Assembly: GCF_036321535.1 (NCBI RefSeq)
Contig: NC_087437.1
Location: forward strand, 106,394,001-106,458,000
Source: Camelus dromedarius
Taxonomy: Eukaryota
Length of the DNA stretch: 64,000 nucleotides
Reading direction: 5' to 3'
Under the pieces are notes generated by a model. It was not told the origin of the DNA. It saw only the letters and a list, made by a program, of their open reading frames with translations, and did not search any database. The translations under genes and the position numbers were made by a program. This document shows positions 55,206-64,000 of the stretch, one piece after another; the stretch's first letter is position 1, and each line of letters begins with the position of its first letter.

Positions 55206-55760
55206 TAATGTACACACTCTCTGAATGTTCCTTACATCCAAAGTAAGCTCTCCCATGAAGCCTCACTGAGAAGATCCGTGCTCGCACTGCTCGGTACACC
55301 TTTCAGGGCATTTGTCACTTAACACCACAGATAAGCCCCCTTGCTGTGGACTAAAGCATGACTGAATAGGGCTCCTATCCCTGGAGAATGTGGCTCCTGC
55401 TCTGAGCAGGAAACCTGAGGTCTAGTGCCTGTTATTCCACTAAAAAGCCTTATGAGCTGGCCAGATCTCAGCTTTCTTGACCTCATTTACATCACATGAA
55501 GAGAGGGCTGGGCTAGGTTACAGCTAAAGTCCTTCCAGCTTTGGGTGGTTCCCTGACTTCAACTGTACCGTGAATTGTCACCACCCCAGGTGTATCAACT
55601 CTTGCACTGTGAGTCCTTGGGAAGGTGGGACTGTCTATTGCACAGAGACGGTCCTCCGGAGGCAGCTGCCCTGTGACCCTTCAAGATAAAAAGGACTGAG
55701 GTTGAGCCTGTGAGTGACGGTGCTCCTGGCATTTCTCCAGATTTCTTTCTCATGGGCTCA

Positions 55761-55997
<237 letters not shown>

Positions 55998-56706
55998 TCA
56001 CAAACACAGGCACAGGTCAGTCGGGAACCAGACAAACAGGACGGGGCAGCAAACTCAAGTCTTTTCAAAGGGATACCATATTTTGCTTTATTCAAAGAAC
56101 TTAGTCATTCCAACATTTCTGACTTAATTCATCCTGTTTCATGAGTTACCCTCCCTTCTCTGCTTTCCATCCCCAGACCAAATTTCTCAATATAAATCAT
56201 GTTATACAGGCTCTGAAAACAGCCCGGACTACGACAACGTAGGATGCATTTATGTATTCTTCAAACTCGAAATTACAAGCATATTTCAACAGTCCCTCTC
56301 TTACTCAAAGCACTTTAAGAAAATGACCATGATAATCTCAGGGTTTACTTAAGGGAATTCTGAGAGGGCTTCGAGTCAAAAATTCAAATTATCATGTAAA
56401 TTTGCCACGGGGGAGAAGTGGCAGAAGGTAACAAAAGCCAAAAAAGATGTATTACTGATAAAAAGTAGACTTTACATAAAATATGAGTTTTATTTAAATG
56501 AGTTATAACTTGAGCTAATTGGGAGCAAAATATGAGGGCGGGGTTTAAGCAATGGAATTACTAGACAATAACGAGCTATAGTGCAAGTTGTGGGAAATAA
56601 GAACAATCATGCATGAGGTTCCAGCAGATGCTGGAAAAGGTGGATGCACTTGATAAACAAGGGATGCTGGCGTGTGCTGCTTAGAGGAGACGGGCTCCGG
56701 ATTTAC

Positions 56707-56781
56707 CTGGATAACGGCTTTCTTATCAGCTTTAGGCAAGTTCTTGGCTTGACGTTCTGCCTCTTCCCATTCTCTCATGAC
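56707..56781 (-). CDS. APP: APP exon 10 (75 bp): [25 protein letters not shown]
   Basis: Acceptor ttgttttgtAG and donor GTaaat; phase 0/0; peptide visible in ORF 56545..56778. Confidence 0.97.
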
Positions 56782-58704
56782 CTACAAAACAAGGACCTCA
56801 TTTAAATTTAAAACCATCAGTTCTTTTTTTCAAATCTAGATTTAGTGAGATAGATTGCTGTGTTCTTCTTCTATACTTGACATTTTAAACATTAAAGATG
56901 CTCACATTCCATTCCTATCTCAATAATATTTGACCTCCCACCAAGATGTAAATAATCTATCACAGCAGTACGTTAAACACACATGTTCACGTTTATTGCA
57001 GGCATGTGGCCCTCTACAACAAAGTTCGTCTTTTTATTTTCCTGAGAAATGGCTGAAAGTCATTTTATTTGATGTGTACAAATGTCAACGGTTCATAAAA
57101 GGCATATATTTCCTGAACAAGGTTTTCCAACATTAAAATTCAATATGCTGGCTTCAGTCCTTTGTGAAAGCAAGTTATACAATTTCAGACTGTATATTTT
57201 TCAAACAGTATGAAGAGGGGAAAATCATATATAACATTTTATACATATGTACACACACCGTAGACACAATGCCAAAAAGAAGTACCAGTGGAGGAAGGAA
57301 AAGGAGACTTCTGTTGTCAGAAATCCCAAGATCCACTGCACTGAAGAGCCGTGGGCAGTAAGACCCCTTTGATTACCAACTTGGTCACATTAGAAGCTTC
57401 TGATTGCCAATTCGCATCACAAACGGCAAAGAACACTCCAAATCCTTTCAGAAATTCCAAGAAAGTACATGTTGTAATGTTCTGAACGTAGCGAAAACAT
57501 TCCCGGCAAATAACACTAATTCAGTAACCAGGCGCATCCGTTTTGTAGGAAAATAAGGCTTCCTCCCCCTCTCATCTATGATGTTCACTCACGATTTCTC
57601 TAGAGAAGTTTACTCACTGATCTGAATGCAAAGAGGAAAAGTCCACAGCTGCGCATGTTGTTGAGAAAGGAAATAGATTCTTACCACCTACAGCATCCTT
57701 TTCAAGCATTACTACTCCCTGACAAATTGAGTTTTTTTAAATGCAGCTTGTACCTAAGCTAGGTAATGTAAAGGACAGAAAGTTCCAGTAAGCAAAATAA
57801 TGGTCTGTTGACAGCTGTGTACTTACATACTTTGTGGACACACAAAGCACAAGAGAACTTGATTTCTATACCAAAAGAGCCTGTTATTTATAGGTGTTTA
57901 GTCCTAAAGAACAGATTTTTTTCTGACATCCTTCAAGATCGCAAAAAAAGAGGCTTGGAATAAAAAAACTATTGATAGAGAATTCTATGAGAATGCATAT
58001 CGAATCATCATGTCAGTTTTTAATTAGATACTTTATCGTCTATTAGCATTGATTCGTTGCATAAAAGACAAGCTTCCCCGTGTTGTTTTCAGGAAATTAT
58101 GGAGGAGAAAGAATGGAATGAATTCTTTATTTCAAGGGAAGAGCATTTAAAAAATAACCTCACACGTTTACAGCAAAATTGGGGAAAATGCCCGGCTGCT
58201 ATGAACAAGAACAGAATAGAGAAGTAAAGAAGCATTTTGCCCCCGATGCTTTGCTGGCTCGAGGAGTTAAGAAAGGGCGCTTGTGAGATGAGGGCTACTG
58301 AAGCTACTTTTGCTTTCTACACGAGATAAGCCTTGCAAGAAGAATACTTCCATTTCCTGCTTCGAGAACGTTCACAGTGGTGGCATTCTACCATGAATTC
58401 TTCAGGCAAGCAGTCTCAGAATTAGTTTGAGAGAGAAGTCACATGTCTTACTGGAATGTGCAAAACGGACTTTCCTCATAACATGTACACTTTCACCATC
58501 TCCCGTTGTATATTCAGAACATGGGCTTTCAGCATTGAGCTGAAATCCACGGAATAATTAAGGAGACTGATTTGGCTCATGAAGTGAAAATAAGCAATCC
58601 TCTAGAAATGAAATAAAATTTCGATTCTCAGTGCAATTTAATAATTTCCTACAGCCTTGCAAAGAAAACAGTTCACCTACACCATCACACTAGGCCTAGC
58701 AGAT

Positions 58705-58935
58705 AATAGATCACCGCTGACCTGCTAAACACCAGCTCCAGCATTAAGAGCTTTACAAAATCTGTCTTGTTTAATTGATTCCTCACATCAGCCTGTGAGA
58801 ATCCGCGTGACTATCTGTCCCCACTTTGCGGACCAGGTTAAGTTTCCCGCTCAGAGTCATGCAGGAAAAAAATGGAGCAGGAAGGATATGAATCGAGATC
58901 TCCATGGCTCCAAAGACCATGCTTTTGTCCCCTGT
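58705..58935 (-). mobile_element. MIR SINE remnant
   Basis: tttaattgattcctcacatcagcctgtgaga...ccccactttgcgga...ggttaagtttcccgctcagagtcatgcag...ctccaaagaccatgct. Confidence 0.6.
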
Positions 58936-60451
58936 GGCCAAATGTGCCAGGATAAAATGGCAAACCCAACAGGTGAGCTACATTTATTTATACTTGGTGA
59001 CAGGAGAAAAGGCTGTTCCTAAGATGCTGACGCTTCTCTTAAAAATGATATGTTTAGAGAAAAAGGTCAACCTCCGTTCTGAAGAACCATATTTTAAGGA
59101 TATGTTAAAACTGTTAAAATCCCATATGTAATAGAAGATTAGTTGGATTCTTTTATTTGCTAGATACCATTCATAACACAGAGCAACATAAATGTACAAG
59201 TTAAGAGTTATTACCAGCCCCAACAACGCCAAATACCAAAAAAAATCCCAAATCCTCTGTATTTGGAAGAAAACAAATAATAACGAAAACTACAATAAAA
59301 ATCATTTTAAAAGACTAAAATTTTTAAATTAAAAAACTCTCAGGATCTGGACTTTGCAGAAGCCCCATAAAGTCTGATAAAGCAATTTTCCACTGCGTGC
59401 ACAAAAGTGTCTGTATCATCCAGATTTATGGATCTTCAAAGACTTGGCTGTTTCACGTGGAGAATATGACAATTAATATAGAGAGATTTAAAAGGCAGGC
59501 AAGTTCAAAGTCAAACGGTCTCCAACACTCAGTACCAGAGATCATGATGATAAATGTTGATCCCAGGCATCTCCCTTTCCTATCATCACTGGAATCTAAC
59601 AGACAACATTCTCTGCTCCAGGACAACAACCTTTAAATTATCTCAGATATTAGGTAATGACTAAAAAGATGAAGAACGTCCATCAAAACACATCTGAACT
59701 AAGTCATGGTTTATGTAGATGTGCTAAAATAAAATTAAGCCACTATTCTAGGAAAGATCTGTAATATATGAAACAGAGTATTTGAAATTAATTTTATTAA
59801 TAGAATCAAAACGACCAATAAATACTGGAAAAAAATTCAGGTTTTATATTTTTTAAAAATATAATGACTAAGTGGGTTCAAGATAGAAATATGCAAGGTT
59901 AGTTAAGATGCCTTATATAAACTTACAGGGACGAAACGCTTACAATCCAGCTGGAGGGATAAAACTGGTGAGCAAACATTTAGAGTTAAATGCAAAGGGT
60001 GATGGCTGCTTGTCCTGTTCTGAGGACTATGTGACTATAGGGAATGGCTGAGATTTGCCGATGTGAAGGAGAGTGGGAGGGTATTTCCAGAGATCAAGGC
60101 TGAGAGCAAAGGGAAGTCCAAGATGAGTTCAGCACACGCTAAGCAGAGTGTGACGATGCACAAATGACAATGTCAGTAGTCAGCAACACAGGTGGGAGAG
60201 GAAGGAGGGAGCCTGGAGTCGGGGTGTTGGGGGTTCGGGTGAGGGGGCAGGCACCAGAAATGCCATGCTGAGCATTCAGTGCTTTTTTGGTTATTATTCT
60301 TTCAGGGGGCTTCATTGCCCCACAAATGGATTTTGAGGGCAATGAGGGTTCTGAAAGCTTCAGAAACAAGCAGTGAAATAGGATTTAAGTCTGAAAGATG
60401 TGTTTTCAGTAGGGGTAAGCATGGCAGCTGACAGTCATCCTATGCTTTCTT

Positions 60452-60731
60452 TTTTTTTTTTAAATTTTTAATATATTTTATTGAAGTATATTCAGTTTAC
60501 AATGTTTGTTTGGGTGTAAAGGGTGGGAGGGGATAAATTGGGAGGTCAAGATTTGCAGAACTACTATATATAAAATAGACGACAAATTTATACTGTACAG
60601 CACAGGGAACTGTACTCGATACATTGTCATAACCTGTAATTAAAAAAATATGAAAACGAATATATATATGCTCCTAAATGACTGAAGTACTGTGCTGTAG
60701 ACCAGAAATTGACACACCATTGTAAACCGAT
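60452..60731 (-). mobile_element. Young L1 3' end with 5' inversion (twin-priming product)
   Basis: Poly(T) and an antisense L1 terminus (60452-60505) are followed by plus-oriented L1 3' UTR (60512-60731). Perfect 11-bp TSD tatgctttctt at 60441-60451 and 60732-60742. Confidence 0.88.
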
Positions 60732-61067
60732 TATGCTTTCTTAACAGTGACGATCTATCAGCTTGTGTCTTTCCTGAGGAAAACTCCTGTTTTTCAGAAG
60801 AACTGGCTTCAGGTGAAACCTCACTATTCCAGTCTAGCTAGCTTTCTAGTTCAACTCTGAAGTCCAACTTTTAAGTTCTCATCACGGGCAACAACTAGAA
60901 CTGTACATTATATTCCAGAGCCAAAGTACTGAAATTAGAAGGTTTTATTCCCTTTAGTGTTATGATTCCTAAGTAGTTCCAAGTATTGTGGTCACTCATC
61001 TTAAAAAAAAAGGAATTATGTCTTTTTAGATACAGTAGTAGTTCTATGCTTAAATATAGGTTTCATT

Positions 61068-61603
61068 ATTATTTAGGTATGGTGAAACCAACAGATCAGG
61101 AGGAAGCTGCCACTGAAAAGACTATTATTCACAGTTACCAAGAGGAGGTGGCATGTCATGCCATGAGGGGGCCACCCAGGGAAGCACCACGGTCAGTCAG
61201 GAGGCAAGAGGGAGTGAAGGAAAACCGTGGGCAGGAGCCTTTATTGTGGTTTTGTGAGAAGGAATGTGCAAAGCAGGGTAAGCAGGCTGAGCGGGTTTAA
61301 GGATTGAGTAGTTTGAAAAATTCTGGTGGGCTCTGGGGTATAAGGGTTGTCTCTAGTTGTCTGGTACCTAGCCTTGGGGTGAGTGGGGCAGGTGGATAGT
61401 AGGCAGAAGTTTAAGAGAGTGATAAAAAAGGTACTCAGGGCATATGAGCTTTGGATTGGTGGGTTGGTACATGAAAGGTCAGCTTGCAGACCAGTCATTC
61501 CATATCTCTAAGAATTGGCCAATCCTGGGAGCGACAATCTGCCTGGGGTTAGTGAGGCCTCAGATGTCAAATCATCAGAAAATAAAAAGGTATCATTAAT
61601 GCA
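61068..61603 (-). mobile_element. ERVL-class solo LTR (MER68/MER77-like)
   Basis: ttaggtatggtgaaaccaacagatcaggag...gagcctttattgtggttt...gtctggtacc...cagatgtcaaatcatcagaaaataaaagg; antisense AATAAA near 61240. Confidence 0.7.
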
Positions 61604-62124
61604 ATCTGTTAAATGATTATTATTATTATTTATGATCTTGGAAAAAATATGGCAGACTCTTTTATGAATCTTGGTTAGAGCCAATCATGAGAACTTTCAA
61701 GTATCTGTGCTAAGTATGACAAAAGTTAGTTACACCCTCTGATGTTTACACACAATATTAACGCCAAAAAGGAGTGGTTGACTTTAATCTGAGGTCGTTC
61801 TTCATTCACTCATGTATGTGTCCTTGAATCTTACTTTTCCTGTTATTTCTTCACATTCACTCTTAAGGGTAGAAACGACGAGTTGGAACGGTGACCGGCA
61901 AATAAGCGCTGGATACATATTTGCTGAATGAATGACTGAATGAAGAATCTGACAAAGGGCTAAAACTCTCAGTGTGACCTATCTTTAATACAACATGCAG
62001 CACCTCGCAGCAGGCACAGCTTAAGGTGAGTTGATATTATTACATGTAAATTAGCCATGTTTTCAACGTAACATATTTTTCAATTTGTTTCATAAAGAAC
62101 GTGATTAAAACAAAACAGGATTTG

Positions 62125-62245
62125 GTGGGGAGGGTATAGCTCAGTGGCAGAGCACATGCTTAGCATTCATGAGGTCCTGGGTTCAATCTCCAGTACCTCT
62201 TTTAAAATAAAAATAAATTAAAAAACTTTATTACCCTCCCCTCCC
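62125..62245 (+). mobile_element. tRNA-derived camelid-type SINE with 14-bp TSD
   Basis: ggggagggtaTAGCTCAGTGGcagagc...gGGTTCAATCtccagtacctc plus an A-rich tail. TSD caaaacagg(a/g)tttg at 62111-62124 and 62246-62259. Confidence 0.88.
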
Positions 62246-62696
62246 CAAAACAGGGTTTGTAGCACAATGTAGTGAAAAGAGCATTGTTCTAGGAGCAAGA
62301 AAGGCTTGGGTTCCAAACGCCTCTTTGTGTTCCTTACATTCCTTTTTTTCTAGAGTGGGAAGCCGAACCCTTAAACCTTTATTACATTACCTGTCATTCA
62401 TGGGACCAGCTGAAATGATCATGATGGTTCACTTTGGTTTTAAGTGCCTCCGGCCCCATGAATTAAGTTTGTAAGAAATGTTAGGATCAAAGTTTTAATA
62501 ATCTGGCATTTAATACAAAAATAATCATCTTTACTAAGGAACATTTGAAGAGATTTTAATTTACAACACCATGGTTACAGGACTACCCTAAACACAGAGT
62601 GACCAAACCACCAAGAAAGGTATAGGTCTAGCTTCATTGGTGCTTACAAAATCTTAGTTACTCACTTTCCTGAATCTCTCCACGGGGGCATGTTCA

Positions 62697-62927
<231 letters not shown>

Positions 62928-64000
62928 TCATTTCCAAGAAAAGCCCTTTTTTTTCCGTTTATTCCAGAACAAAGAATTTAGTAAAGCAGCACACACAGAA
63001 GATGTTAATGCTGTTCAGGAGAACATAAGACATTTCGCAGCACAGTAGGGATATCTTTCACCCCTTTCGAAGAGAGGGTGAAGGAAAATCTTGAACACAG
63101 TCCATTTTGTGACTACAGTATTATATTTAAAATTCTCTGCAAAACAAGCTTGCACAGCACAAAAACAGTCGGTGTTTCATATAGACATGTTGTATCAAAT
63201 CCCTCTGCTTTGATGGATTGTTAATAATCTTGAAAGTAAATGGTGGTATCAAGATCACATCTTAAGATTCCTGCAAAAATCAAAGAAATCTGGAAATCAG
63301 CCTGTTGCAGAATAACTGCACCTCAGAGTAAAGATAAATCCTACACTACATATTTTAGATACCTGGTGAGAAAGTAGTTGAAACACTATTAAAAAACTCA
63401 TAAATGTCAATAAATTCATTCTTGGAATCACAAAAGGACCTTTCTGCCTTCACAAATTTGGTAACAGTCAACCAATTCATTATACTAGATGTCAAAAAGA
63501 AAGTGATTCCTATTTTAAATTCCACGAATATTGCTGAACAATATTACTGAGCTGCAACATATACTGCTATATTATGTGGAAAAATAAACACTCATAAAAT
63601 TGAAGAGTGTACTATAAAGCTAAAATGTCTTAAACGCATGAGCCGAGTAAATTAGAATGCCTATACCAGCAGATTTTACAAAAGATCAGTAATGACTACT
63701 GAGAATTCAGAGCATTTATGAGCTTATTTAAATAAGGCTAATGTGAAAAGAAAAGATTTTGATTTAAATAAGAAAGTATGTTCAACCAAAAAAATGAAAT
63801 TAGGTGTTTTCACTACGTTCTCAGGTCCAATCAATTTAAGCGTTTTATTCAAAAGGTAATTCAACTATCACCAATGTTTTAAGTATTCTTCTTCACTAAT
63901 CTTAGCTAATTACTTGACTATTATATTTGAGATATAATATCCCAAAAAGAACTTACATGAGAAGAATTAATTGCTAGCTCATTTTGAAACTAAATAGTAA

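Noticed and set aside
62127..62200. Functional tRNA gene
   Set aside because: It has an A-rich tail, a TSD and diverged paralogues in the window, so it is a tRNA-derived SINE.

Overview
Mammalian genomic DNA, very likely camelid (Camelus/Vicugna/Lama), judging by the tRNA-derived SINEs and L1 3' UTR type. The whole window lies inside the amyloid-beta precursor protein gene (APP) on the minus strand. Six coding exons equivalent to human exons 9-14 (134, 75, 159, 129, 100 and 222 bp, all with AG/GT borders, 819 nt in one continuous frame) encode the E2/CAPPD domain and part of the juxtamembrane linker. The KPI/OX-2 exons and the A-beta, transmembrane and AICD exons are outside the window. About 99% of the sequence is intron with a layered transposon record: MIR, L2, MER5/MER20, Tigger1 derivative, MaLR and ERV solo LTRs, L1 fragments and young SINEs. 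Nearly all ORFs in the supplied track are spurious. I found no support for a new protein-coding system. The most unusual items are retrotransposition fossils: a full-length U6 snRNA/L1 chimeric retrocopy in intron 13 (with a second L1 patch inside it and an inverted L1 pair around it), a twin-primed inverted L1, a probable L1 3' transduction, and nested LTRs. There is also a strong CTCF-like motif just upstream of exon 14. Repeat family names come from recall of consensus sequences, not from a search.
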